From Candidatus Heimdallarchaeota archaeon (lineage in GTDB: Archaea; Asgardarchaeota; Heimdallarchaeia; Heimdallarchaeales; Heimdallarchaeaceae), in assembly GCA_030611665.1 (NCBI GenBank), contig JAUWPI010000018.1, forward strand, positions 1 through 24,000: DNA of 24,000 nucleotides, given 5' to 3'. The notes beneath the pieces were generated by a model that was given only the letters and a program-made list of their open reading frames with translations, searched no databases and was not told the DNA's origin. Shown here piece by piece: positions 1 through 8,558 of this stretch. Numbering within the stretch: the first letter of the stretch is position 1; each line of letters begins with the position of its first letter. Made by a program: the position numbers and the translations under genes.

Positions 1-255
1 AGCTCCTTCAATAAAGATTTTCTCTAATTCTCCTCTTTGCATTTCTTGAGCTACTCTCTCTCCTAATGATAACATTGCTGCAGTCATAGCTGCCAATCTA
101 GCTTCTTCAATTTCTTGAGGTAGCACTGATGCTATTGGTAATCCTTCTATTGATACAATCGCTGCACTTTCAATTTCTGGAACTTTTATCTTCAAATCAG
201 TTAATGTAGTCTTCAATTCGCTTGTTTTATTCTCAAAAGTTATTCCGAATGCCAT
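1..255 (-). CDS. Roadblock/LC7 domain protein, C-terminus cut by window edge
   Basis: Not in the ORF track. Reverse-strand ATG at 255..253 opens a frame to base 1: MAFGITFENKTSELKTTLTDLKIKVPEIESAAIVSIEGLPIASVLPQEIEEARLAAMTAAMLSLGERVAQEMQRGELEKIFIEGA. The 'I.AAAIVS.EGLPIAS..P...EE..LAAMTAAMLSLGER' pattern is typical of archaeal Roadblock/LC7 proteins. Confidence 0.85.
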   Translation of the reverse strand, partial: MAFGITFENKTSELKTTLTDLKIKVPEIESAAIVSIEGLPIASVLPQEIEEARLAAMTAAMLSLGERVAQEMQRGELEKIFIEGA

Positions 256-513
256 TTGGATTACCTATTTAATACTGGTCTTATTACAATTATAAATGCA
301 ACTATTACCGGTACGTTCTTCTCAACATTACTTTTAAATTTATTTGGTTGGGCAAAACATGCTTCTTCATACAATTTAGAGTTTTGTTACAATTGTTGAG
401 ACACAAAATCCCTTCTTTCTGCCTCTGTAGGTAGTTTCTTGAATATTTACAATTTTCTATGTATTTTTTCAATTTTTTCTCCAAGAACTGAAGTAAAAGA
501 GATAATTCAAAAT

Positions 514-1788
514 TTATACTAAAATCAGTTTCACTGTTTTTTCAATATATTCCTCAATTCTTTCCTCGACTGATTTAACTAAGGCGGTTACTTTCTCTTC
601 GATTTCTTCTTTTTCTCTCTCTAGCGATAAAGTGATTCTCTGTCGATCTATTGTGTAATTATTTATTTCTTCATTCAATTTTTTGATTCTTACGTCCATC
701 TTAAGTTCAGAGAACTTTCTGTTTATGGCTTCACTTTGGTTTATAAAGAATTTAGCTTTTTGTTGACTCTCATCTAAGCCATCGTTTAATATTTCTTCTA
801 TGTTTTCATAAGCTCTCTTCAGTTTCTCTTTTTTCATCTGAACAGCTGGACTAGCGCTTACTTCCTTAAGTATTCTTAGAGTGGCTTTTATACCTCTGTA
901 CCCGTCACCCTCTTTTACTAAAGTAGTCAAAGGATCTTTAATGAGTGATTTCATTATATCTTTATCATACTCATCAAGTTCTACTTTCTTAGATTCTGCA
1001 GCTTTTAGAACTTTGCTGCTTAGTTTTTTAATCTCTGAAATCTTATTTGAAATCAAGATTTCTATATGATCTAGCTCTTTTTTGTTTTTCACCAATTGAA
1101 GATATCCTGGATGATTTTTTAATTCATCTAATTCTTTCTGTTTCTTATCGACTATATTGGTAATTTTAGTAATATCATCCTCGTGAGAATTAATTTCTGT
1201 AACAATTTCCTTCTTGCGTTCAACAAAGTCAATAAGAATTTCTATATCATCAGCAACTTTTTCGTATTTCACAATTTCAGAATACGATACTAATGTTTTG
1301 TTTTCAAAAACATAAACATCTTCTTTAACACGTGTAAGAGCTCTGTCAAGATTCTTCACATTATTCTTGTACGATCGATCTCTTTTCAACCACGACAAAT
1401 ATTTTGCCAAAAGATTGGTGTACGTGTTTATCCTATTTTTAAAATCCCTATTTAGAGCATCTAATATGTTGTAAGTAACAGTGTCTGGTGATTCAAGATC
1501 TTCAAACATCTCAAGCGTCTTATTATATATTGTAGTCGCATAATTCTGGTAAACGTCAGGATCTTTTAGATCTGAATAATCAAATCTATGAGCAGCAGTT
1601 TTAAGCTCTTCAACGCGGTCTAATATTGACCTAACTTGTTTAATTGCTGTGTGCCTGTATTTTGAAACAGATGATGATATGCGATTATTGAACCAATCCA
1701 AAGTATCTTCCAAAGATTTGTTTTCAGACATTAACGTCAACCTTCTATTAGTTTTTGAAAATATACCATTATAATATTTTTCATTCAA
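514..1788 (-). CDS. Coiled-coil protein of unknown function
   Basis: 424 aa ORF with a long Glu/Lys-rich heptad-like composition and no enzymatic motif. Probable start is the internal Met of MSENKSLEDT. Same strand as, and upstream of, the Roadblock gene. Confidence 0.7.
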   Translation of the reverse strand: MNEKYYNGIFSKTNRRLTLMSENKSLEDTLDWFNNRISSSVSKYRHTAIKQVRSILDRVEELKTAAHRFDYSDLKDPDVYQNYATTIYNKTLEMFEDLESPDTVTYNILDALNRDFKNRINTYTNLLAKYLSWLKRDRSYKNNVKNLDRALTRVKEDVYVFENKTLVSYSEIVKYEKVADDIEILIDFVERKKEIVTEINSHEDDITKITNIVDKKQKELDELKNHPGYLQLVKNKKELDHIEILISNKISEIKKLSSKVLKAAESKKVELDEYDKDIMKSLIKDPLTTLVKEGDGYRGIKATLRILKEVSASPAVQMKKEKLKRAYENIEEILNDGLDESQQKAKFFINQSEAINRKFSELKMDVRIKKLNEEINNYTIDRQRITLSLEREKEEIEEKVTALVKSVEERIEEYIEKTVKLILV

Positions 1789-1907
1789 GAAAAAAAACTA
1801 ATAAATGAATACAAACTTTTTGGTGAAACGAATGGTAAACGCTTAATTTTCTGAGATTCATACAAAAAAAACATAAAGCAGTCAAAGTAAAATCAAATCA
1901 TATACAA

Positions 1908-2327
1908 ATGACTCTATTCAAATTTCACTGTTATGGGCATAAAAATGTTAGTTCCAATCATGGAACTACTATAGAATTTACTACAGAATCTGATCTATCA
2001 ACTAAGGGTAATTGTATTTTGGCAGTAAACTCAACATGTAGTTTGAGAAATCTGCCTGATAATCTAAAAGAGAAAATGAAAATAGATGGACAAACGATTA
2101 CTGTGATATTAGAAGTAGGTCATCTACAAGAGAAAATAGCTGGGTATGGTAATTCAAAATTATCTTTTACAGATGAAAATGCCTTAATTATACGAAAAAG
2201 CTCGTTTGTCTGTTCTCGGACATTAATGATTAATTCTAACAAAGCTGCTTGTGATATATCACGGGATATTGTCATCTCTTTAACAAACCCAAATAATGTT
2301 CTGACTGTAATAATTCAAGTCGATTGA
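1908..2327 (+). CDS. DUF371 family conserved archaeal protein
   Basis: 139 aa; N-terminal 'F.CYGHKNVSSNHGTTIEFTTESDLSTKGNCILAVNS' matches the DUF371 pattern (GHxNVxAxHxTTxExTxxxxLTxxGDCIxGV). Confidence 0.75.
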   Translation: MTLFKFHCYGHKNVSSNHGTTIEFTTESDLSTKGNCILAVNSTCSLRNLPDNLKEKMKIDGQTITVILEVGHLQEKIAGYGNSKLSFTDENALIIRKSSFVCSRTLMINSNKAACDISRDIVISLTNPNNVLTVIIQVD

Positions 2328-3388
2328 GGAATAACAACTACTTCTAAACAAGCATGAATCTCTCTTGGCGCACTTTCTCTTACTTTATGAAAATCGATTA
2401 TTTCCTTGATTTCCCAATCAAATTTCGCCAGCTCTTGTTTTAAATTACTCACTACTTTATCTTTTCCATCCTCAATCGCAACAAACTGGTAGAAGTGAAT
2501 TATTCCTCCCGGTTTTAGAATCTGGCACACTACATCTATATAGTCTTGAGAGTAACTTGGAAGGTTCATAATTATCCTATCAGCTTTTGGTAGAGAGCTC
2601 GCAAGTTCTCTACAGTCTCCATGAAGTGGTTTGATAAGTCCCTTTAATTTATTCAGCAACAAGGATTTTTTCAGACATTCAATGGCTTTCTGGTTTATAT
2701 CTATAGCATATATTGTTGAATTATGTTTTCGAGCAATATGTAAGGGAAAGGGACCTACACCAGTAAAAAGATCAATTATTACTTCACCTTCTTTTATTAA
2801 ATCAGCTACGCGTTTATGTTCGTGAACCAACCTGGGGCTGAAATAAGTCTCACAAGCATCTACAAAAATAGTCACACCATGTTCAAGATGGATAGTTTCG
2901 CATGTTTTTTCTCCTGCTATGAGTTCTAGCCCTCTAATCCTTAATTGACCAGAAACAGCTGAAGTTTTTCGGTATACAGTTTTGAGTGATGGAAATAATG
3001 AATGTAGTGCTTCTCCAATTTTTATCTTATATTCCATTACTTCTTCAGCGATATCTACAACAGCTATCTCTCCAATTACATCATACGCTTTAGGTAAGAA
3101 TTCATGCAAGTTCTCAGGAATATGTCTAGAAGATGCTTCATAGAGATTTTTTGGTTGAATATCTTTTTGAGTAAATCTATAACTATTCAACTCATATCCT
3201 TTTATGGTGGTTGAAGAAAGTAGTAGTTTTCTTGCTTCATCTTTGGAGAGTATTAAAGGAATTATTAAGTGATTTTCATCCCGCATAAAATCTAAAGAAG
3301 TATCAATGACACCATGTGATAGAAGTGTTTTCCTTAAAGTTTCAGCATTTTTGAAACGTATTTTAACTCCAATAGACTCTATTTGCAT
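2315..3388 (-). CDS. trm5: tRNA (guanine37-N1)-methyltransferase, Trm5 family
   Basis: 357 aa; class I SAM methyltransferase core 'VIIDLFTGVGPFPLHIARKH', 'IYAIDINQKAIECLKKSLLLN', catalytic-region 'IIMNLPSYSQDYIDVVCQILKPGGIIHFYQF'; preceded by 'FSPRLVHEHKRVADLIKEGE', typical of Trm5. Confidence 0.88.
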   Translation of the reverse strand: MQIESIGVKIRFKNAETLRKTLLSHGVIDTSLDFMRDENHLIIPLILSKDEARKLLLSSTTIKGYELNSYRFTQKDIQPKNLYEASSRHIPENLHEFLPKAYDVIGEIAVVDIAEEVMEYKIKIGEALHSLFPSLKTVYRKTSAVSGQLRIRGLELIAGEKTCETIHLEHGVTIFVDACETYFSPRLVHEHKRVADLIKEGEVIIDLFTGVGPFPLHIARKHNSTIYAIDINQKAIECLKKSLLLNKLKGLIKPLHGDCRELASSLPKADRIIMNLPSYSQDYIDVVCQILKPGGIIHFYQFVAIEDGKDKVVSNLKQELAKFDWEIKEIIDFHKVRESAPREIHACLEVVVIPQST

Positions 3389-3470
3389 TGACCTATACCA
3401 ATAAAGAAAGCTTTTAAGACTTATTTTTCCATACAGAAGATGTGCTGTGATTTAACTTAGTGAAAACAAG

Positions 3471-4430
3471 GTGCCCCAATTGATAAAAGCTATACTTGTA
3501 CTGAAGACAAATGGATCTTGTAGATATTATCGGATCTATGATGAAGAATGGGGTAAAGAAGAGAAAAATGTGGAAGTTGTAAGTTATATCACAGCAGTGA
3601 CTTCAATTATTGGTGAGTTTGGAGAAAAATCCCCCGAACTTATTGAATTTGGTGATAATGAGATTGTTTGTGAAGCAAAGGGAGAATATATCTTAACAAT
3701 TGTCAAAAATAAAGGAAAATTCGATAGACTGGCTGATAGAGTTAAGAAGAATTTCAGAGATAATTTTAAACCACTTCAACGAATCACTGAAAATCCTTTC
3801 TGGATTGAGGATGATGATTTTCTAGCAAAGGAAAGAGACGGCATATACAAATTTATGAGAAACCTGAATCTTATAATAAACGTTAGAACCCATCAAAATG
3901 GCACAGAAAGGAAAAATGTAATTGAAGATCCGTATAAAGATAAACCGCTAGTTATAAGAGACGTAGATTTATTGATAACTATAGAAACAGGTCAGCCGGT
4001 ATTCCTAATGCTAACACTTACCTTACCGTATGACGCAACTCTTTTCACAGCTTTCATGTCAGCAATTTTAGATTTAGGGACCGCCATCGGATTGGGAGAA
4101 TTAAATAAGATTGAAAGTAATAACCTAGTATTGTACGTAAGAAAGATAGGAAAGGCTTTTGCTGTAGTAATAACTCGAAATAAGGAAAACAGAATAGCAT
4201 ACAAACGATTCACAGAATTTGTTGCTGATCTATGTGATAATTGGTTGAATAAGGAAGGAATCGAAATAGATGAAGCATTCCAAGTATTTGAGGAAAGAAC
4301 TCAATTTGAACAAATTCTGAAACTGATTATTGACACTGAGACCTGGGAGAAACACATGATAAAAGAGTGGGAGAGGGAATACACTCAATTAAGAACAATA
4401 GAACAAGAACTTCGGTCATCGTTAACTTAA
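3471..4430 (+). CDS. Unknown protein with one or two longin-like domains
   Basis: 319 aa; N-terminal 'LIKAILVLKTNGSCRYYRIYDE' followed by helix-strand-strand-strand-helix pattern resembles longin/adaptin-sigma-like folds; a second hydrophobic alpha/beta unit spans about residues 160-265. Fold assignment is from predicted pattern only. Confidence 0.5.
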   Translation: MPQLIKAILVLKTNGSCRYYRIYDEEWGKEEKNVEVVSYITAVTSIIGEFGEKSPELIEFGDNEIVCEAKGEYILTIVKNKGKFDRLADRVKKNFRDNFKPLQRITENPFWIEDDDFLAKERDGIYKFMRNLNLIINVRTHQNGTERKNVIEDPYKDKPLVIRDVDLLITIETGQPVFLMLTLTLPYDATLFTAFMSAILDLGTAIGLGELNKIESNNLVLYVRKIGKAFAVVITRNKENRIAYKRFTEFVADLCDNWLNKEGIEIDEAFQVFEERTQFEQILKLIIDTETWEKHMIKEWEREYTQLRTIEQELRSSLT

Positions 4431-4433
4431 CCA

Positions 4434-6014
4434 CTATTTTTTTGGCGTTCTCTTCTTTTTGATTATTTTAAACCATATCAAAGTTAACGTAGCTACAAAA
4501 ATAACTGAGCCACCTACAGACAAACCAACAACAAGTCCTTTACTTAGAAATACATTGAAAGTTAAAATGTCACTTGAATCATCAAATTCAGTCTCATTTG
4601 AAAGATGTCCTGACTCATCCATCACAACGATTTCAACTGTATGTTCTCCAATAGATAGATCTTCTAGAACATAGCTAACTGTTAAGGGCTTCCAATATTT
4701 TGGAAAAGTAATCTCCTCTTCCTTTTTAATTTTATTATCAAGAATTATCTTGTAAGAACCATCAAATTCAGTTTTTGACCGAAAATTATACCATATGTCC
4801 CATTCGACTAATCTTTCTGTTTCAGACATGCTTTGGATTCTTGGTTTTGAAACAAAAGGAGCAAACCTTATTCGTTCAACTCTATAAGCACCAAATGTCT
4901 CCGATCCATCAGGGGCAAATGAAAGGTTCCAAGCTACATTACCTTCATCTGTAACTTCTACAATTCTCGCACCTAAATCGGTATTAGGATGACCGTGTGT
5001 ACCAAAAACCCCCAGACGATTATTATTAGGAAGTTTATCTGCATCACCCCACCAACCAGAATAGTATTCGGTTGGTGCAATCCACTCCCATGAAACATTT
5101 GCAGTCATTGTCTCTATATTGATTTTAATCTCCATTATTCTAGAATGAAAATTGGTTGCATCTGTCTGATTGTGTAAATCATTATCGAAATAAATGAAAG
5201 TATCATTAGATATTTTTTCCAATGCATGACCATGGTAGAAGAGTATATCTTTTTTCATACCTTGTAAGTCATACATTATAAAATCACCATACTCTCCAAG
5301 AGCCCAAATTATTTTCCCCGTTTTATGATTTATTTTATAGAAAGTATTTATATTTCTCAAGTTAAGATAGATTGAATCATCATCTTCATCATAAAAAACA
5401 GTATTTGAGTGAGTTACATCAGCTATTCCAGATTCCATATCAGAAAATGGACACCATTGAGAAATATAAACAAAATCCATTGTATCTTTTTCCCAAATAA
5501 TTTCGGCGTTTTGATTATATTCGACGATTTTATCGAAAAGATATTTTGTACCATTAATCTCGATTACATAGCATTTGAGAGTGAAATAAGTGTTGTTTGC
5601 ATAATTCATCTCATAATCGTGATGACCATAGAAGCCTAAAGTGGTGGTTATATTAGTATAAATATTCCATAGGTTAGCACCATTTCCATCTCCATATAAA
5701 ATGGTAGTGGAGTTGATAAATTCAGCAGCAAAATTAGCCAGAGCTCCTTCTGTATACAATTCTCGTTTTAAGTAAAGATTGCCGTCCAAGTCAGAAATTA
5801 CAAGAGTACGATTGATAATTTCATAATCAGCACTAGATTTTCTCTCAAAAATAAAGAGGTTATACCCCTCAAATCTTTCAGACTGTATGTTTTGATCTAA
5901 ATTAACACCATAATGATTTTGAATTGCAGTATTATTCGAAAATACTGCTAAATTAGGTAATATAAGAAGAATAAAAATAAGCAATATAAATCGTTTGAAT
6001 AGCTTAGGTGACAT
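4434..6014 (-). CDS. Arylsulfotransferase (ASST)-like extracytoplasmic protein with C-terminal membrane anchor
   Basis: 526 aa; N-terminal signal/TM segment 'FILLIFILLILPNLAVF'; beta-propeller-like repeats with 'ADVTHSNTVFYDEDDDSIYLNLRNINTFYKINHKTGKIIWALGEYGDF' and 'YHGHALEKI.NDTFIYFDND' characteristic of ASST-like proteins; C-terminal TM 'GLVVGLSVGGSVIFVATLTLIWF' followed by KIIKKKRTPKK. Confidence 0.7.
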   Translation of the reverse strand: MSPKLFKRFILLIFILLILPNLAVFSNNTAIQNHYGVNLDQNIQSERFEGYNLFIFERKSSADYEIINRTLVISDLDGNLYLKRELYTEGALANFAAEFINSTTILYGDGNGANLWNIYTNITTTLGFYGHHDYEMNYANNTYFTLKCYVIEINGTKYLFDKIVEYNQNAEIIWEKDTMDFVYISQWCPFSDMESGIADVTHSNTVFYDEDDDSIYLNLRNINTFYKINHKTGKIIWALGEYGDFIMYDLQGMKKDILFYHGHALEKISNDTFIYFDNDLHNQTDATNFHSRIMEIKINIETMTANVSWEWIAPTEYYSGWWGDADKLPNNNRLGVFGTHGHPNTDLGARIVEVTDEGNVAWNLSFAPDGSETFGAYRVERIRFAPFVSKPRIQSMSETERLVEWDIWYNFRSKTEFDGSYKIILDNKIKKEEEITFPKYWKPLTVSYVLEDLSIGEHTVEIVVMDESGHLSNETEFDDSSDILTFNVFLSKGLVVGLSVGGSVIFVATLTLIWFKIIKKKRTPKK

Positions 6015-6126
6015 TTTATTGTTGAAATATTATACTTTCCTAACCATAAGAATTGTGGTGTTCTTATCCTTTTTTAAATTTCTAAAAGAAACAATGTTCT
6101 TCTTAAGATTTGGAAAAAAATAAACG

Positions 6127-6203
6127 TGGCGAGCCTGGGCGGATTTGAACCGCCGACCGACGGATTAAGAGTCCGCTGCTCTGCCTAACTGAGCCACAGG
6201 CCC
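6127..6203 (-). tRNA. tRNA-Lys (anticodon CTT), CCA encoded
   Basis: Reverse strand reads GGGCCTG TG GCTCAGTTAGGCAGAGC A GCGGA CTCTTAA TCCGT CGGTC GGCGGTTCAAATCCGCC CAGGCTC G CCA. Acceptor, D, anticodon (GCGGA/TCCGT) and T stems all pair; the 7-nt anticodon loop CTCTTAA gives anticodon CTT. Confidence 0.96.
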
Positions 6204-6234
6204 AATATTTCTCGCCGTTTCCTCTATTTTTGTA

Positions 6235-6252
6235 TTTTTAATAAAACTTTCG
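6235..6252 (-). promoter_or_regulatory. Candidate BRE/TATA element for tRNA-Lys
   Basis: Reverse strand reads CGAAAGTTTTATTAAAAA about 35-50 nt upstream of the mature tRNA 5' end, compatible with an archaeal BRE (CGAAA) + TATA-like core. Confidence 0.4.
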
Positions 6253-6315
6253 TTTACAATCCATTTCTTTTTGTCCTTGAGAACCTTTTTTAAATAAGTG
6301 TGAGTGATTTCTTTC

Positions 6316-6789
6316 ATGGATTCTACAGAAAAAACTTCTACTAATACTAAAACAGCTCTTTATCTAGGAGCGTTTTTAATCAGCCTTGTTGGTGGTATGC
6401 TTTTCTTTTTTGTTGAATTTGGTTAGTGGCAAGGTGCATATTCTTGGGGCTATGATTTTGCTCTTTATGGAGAATTCGTTCCTTGGTTTGGCAAAACCAT
6501 TCTTGTCTTACTTGGACTTGTTTATCTCTTTGTAGCCTTTGTTTCATTGTATAAACTTTATCCATTCTTTAAACTCCCCAAAGATTTTGAGAATACTCTA
6601 GAAATTTCCGCTATTATTGCTGCTATAACCGTTGTGGGTCTAACTGTCATTGTTGCAATTATTTTTGCTATTATGGTAAGTGAAGCAACAGATTGGGATT
6701 TTGGAACAACCTTCTATACAGGCCTCTTAGGCGGAATTGTAACAACAGCACTTCTCTGGTTTGCTAGAAAAATTGAACCTGCTGAATAA
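6316..6789 (+). CDS. Small multi-TM protein interrupted by an in-frame TAG (6424-6426)
   Basis: Frame from ATG 6316: MDSTEKTSTNTKTALYLGAFLISLVGGMLFFFVEFG*WQGAYSWGYDFALYGEFVPWFGKTILVLLGLVYLFVAFVSLYKLYPFFKLPKDFENTLEISAIIAAITVVGLTVIVAIIFAIMVSEATDWDFGTTFYTGLLGGIVTTALLWFARKIEPAE. The ORF track only lists the distal part, 6547..6789, from a TTG. Membrane-protein-like composition continues in the same frame on both sides of the stop. Confidence 0.55.
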
Positions 6790-6900
6790 ATTGAATGAAG
6801 AAAGTTGTAGACACCTTCTCTTTTTTTCTTCATGGATTATGGAAGAAGTTTCTTAAATTACTGGGTAAAACATATATAACAATACATTTTTCTTGATAAT

Positions 6901-7611
6901 ATGAAAATTGACAAGGATTCCTTCCGAATTGTGATTACTGGAGGTTCAAGTGGTATCGGTGAAGCCACTGCTTTTGAAATGGCTAAAGGAGGCCATCGTT
7001 TCTATTTAACTGGACGAAACGAGATAAGGCTCCAAAAGATAGTTGCTGAACTTCATTCCTTAGGTTGTGAAGCTTATTATGGTGTTGGAGATGTTTCTGA
7101 TGAGACAAGTGCTAGATTGATGTTTGATGAAATCAATCAAAAACTCGGAGGTGTGGACGTTTTATTTGCAAATGCAGGTGTTGGGCATTTTGGAAATCTT
7201 GAAGATCTAACTCTTGAACAATATGATGAGCAATTTAATACAAATGTTAGGGGAGTTTTTATTTGGATTAACATGGTTTTGCCACTGATGAAAGCACAGA
7301 ATAGTGGGCAAATAATTGTTACTTCATCAAACCTAGGGTTGAAAACAGCTGCTCGTTGTTCTCTTTATGCAGCTACTAAGCATGCTGTTCAAGCGATGGT
7401 TTGGTGCCTTCGAGAAGAATTAAAAGGAACTGGTGTTAAAGCTGCTACAATTAATCCTGGTTCAGTAGATACTCCATGGTTTGATGGAAAAGATGTTGTT
7501 AGATCTAAAATGCTCTCTTCAGCAGATGTTGCTGCTACTGTCCGATTGATTATTGATCAAAACGAAACAAGTGATATTGATCATATCCTTCTTACACCAG
7601 GAAGAAAATAA
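6901..7611 (+). CDS. Short-chain dehydrogenase/reductase (SDR)
   Basis: 236 aa; N-terminal TGGSSGIGEA cofactor motif, internal NAGVG, catalytic Ser ('VTSSN') and YxxxK ('YAATK'), 'NPGSVDTPW'. Confidence 0.92.
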   Translation: MKIDKDSFRIVITGGSSGIGEATAFEMAKGGHRFYLTGRNEIRLQKIVAELHSLGCEAYYGVGDVSDETSARLMFDEINQKLGGVDVLFANAGVGHFGNLEDLTLEQYDEQFNTNVRGVFIWINMVLPLMKAQNSGQIIVTSSNLGLKTAARCSLYAATKHAVQAMVWCLREELKGTGVKAATINPGSVDTPWFDGKDVVRSKMLSSADVAATVRLIIDQNETSDIDHILLTPGRK

Positions 7612-7629
7612 TTGATTTGATTCTTCACT

Positions 7630-8196
7630 TTATACAGCATATACTTTCAATAACAGTACTTCTCTAGCTAAAGATTGGAAGCATCTTTTTACTCCAATAC
7701 CCTCTACTGCAATTGTTTCATATATTGGAATGTTTGTGCCTAAGTCTAAAGCATCTACCAATTCCCTTTTGTCCATTGCATCGGGAGCATCTCTCTTATT
7801 TAATGCAATAACGATTGGGATCTCTCCTCCAATCTTGTCTCCCATCTCCTTCTTCAATTCTTCTGCAGATTCTATATTATCAGCTAACATAGCTCTTGAT
7901 GAATCTGCAACAAATAATAATCCATCTACACCTTTCAAAACTAGAGATCTTTGGTGTCTGTGTCTTCTTTGCCCAGCAACTGTGTATATGTCTAGAATAA
8001 CAGAAGATGTTGCCATAAATGGGCTAAAATCAAAGTAAATTGTCCTTCCTGAAGGATCTTCAATGCTATTTAAACCCCCCTTCTTTATCCCAGTAACATC
8101 AGTATGTAGTCTTCTAAGTAATGTGGTCTTTCCGGAAAGGCTTGGTCCAACAAAAACCAGCTTAAAATGCATTTTTCCCGAAGCGTCTTTTCTCAT
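7630..8196 (-). CDS. MglA-like/Ras-superfamily small GTPase
   Basis: 188 aa; P-loop GPSLSGKTT, switch II 'YTVAGQ' (TVxGQ as in MglA-type rather than DTAGQ), G4 'NKRD'. Confidence 0.85.
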   Translation of the reverse strand: MRKDASGKMHFKLVFVGPSLSGKTTLLRRLHTDVTGIKKGGLNSIEDPSGRTIYFDFSPFMATSSVILDIYTVAGQRRHRHQRSLVLKGVDGLLFVADSSRAMLADNIESAEELKKEMGDKIGGEIPIVIALNKRDAPDAMDKRELVDALDLGTNIPIYETIAVEGIGVKRCFQSLAREVLLLKVYAV

Positions 8197-8255
8197 CTTA
8201 CTTTGGCCTCATCACATATGTTGCGTGTTAGTATGGCATCTGGGTTATTTCTTCT

Positions 8256-8558
8256 TTATTTCCTTTTTTCTCGTAACACTATCAATACATACTCATTTTC
8301 AGGTGCAACTAAAATTTCACCATGACTTGTATCTAGTGTGAAGAAGTTTAAGTGACCTTCTTCTAGTTCTGTTACTACTGCTTTGGCACGGCCTACTAGT
8401 GAAGCAACAAGAGCAGAAACGTTTTCTCTCATTTCCATACTAAGGTTTTGTGTGCTTGATATTGGTAAACCATCATTACTAGTAATTATCACTCCTCTAA
8501 CTCCGGGATGTGATTCGAGAGATTTAAGCGTCTCTTCAAATTGTTTTTGTGATATCAT
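8256..8558 (-). CDS. Roadblock/LC7 domain protein, probable partner of the adjacent GTPase
   Basis: 100 aa; 'LESHPGVRGVIITSNDGLPISSTQ......ENVSALVASLVGRAKAVVTEL' is a standard Roadblock/LC7 signature; same strand, immediately upstream of the MglA-like GTPase. Confidence 0.9.
   Translation of the reverse strand: MISQKQFEETLKSLESHPGVRGVIITSNDGLPISSTQNLSMEMRENVSALVASLVGRAKAVVTELEEGHLNFFTLDTSHGEILVAPENEYVLIVLREKRK

Noticed and set aside
881-1069. 62 aa + strand ORF
   Set aside because: Entirely antisense to the 424 aa coiled-coil ORF, no recognisable motif; treated as spurious.
2631-2825. 64 aa + strand ORF
   Set aside because: Antisense to trm5, whose coding is well supported.
3992-4213. 73 aa - strand ORF
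   Set aside because: Antisense to the longin-like ORF 3471..4430; shadow ORF.
4459-5639. + strand ORFs 4459..4674 and 5409..5639
   Set aside because: Antisense to the ASST-like gene with low-complexity or unconvincing protein sequence.
6380-6565. 61 aa - strand ORF
   Set aside because: Sequence is Gln/Lys-rich and antisense to the interrupted multi-TM gene 6316..6789, whose + strand reading is more protein-like.
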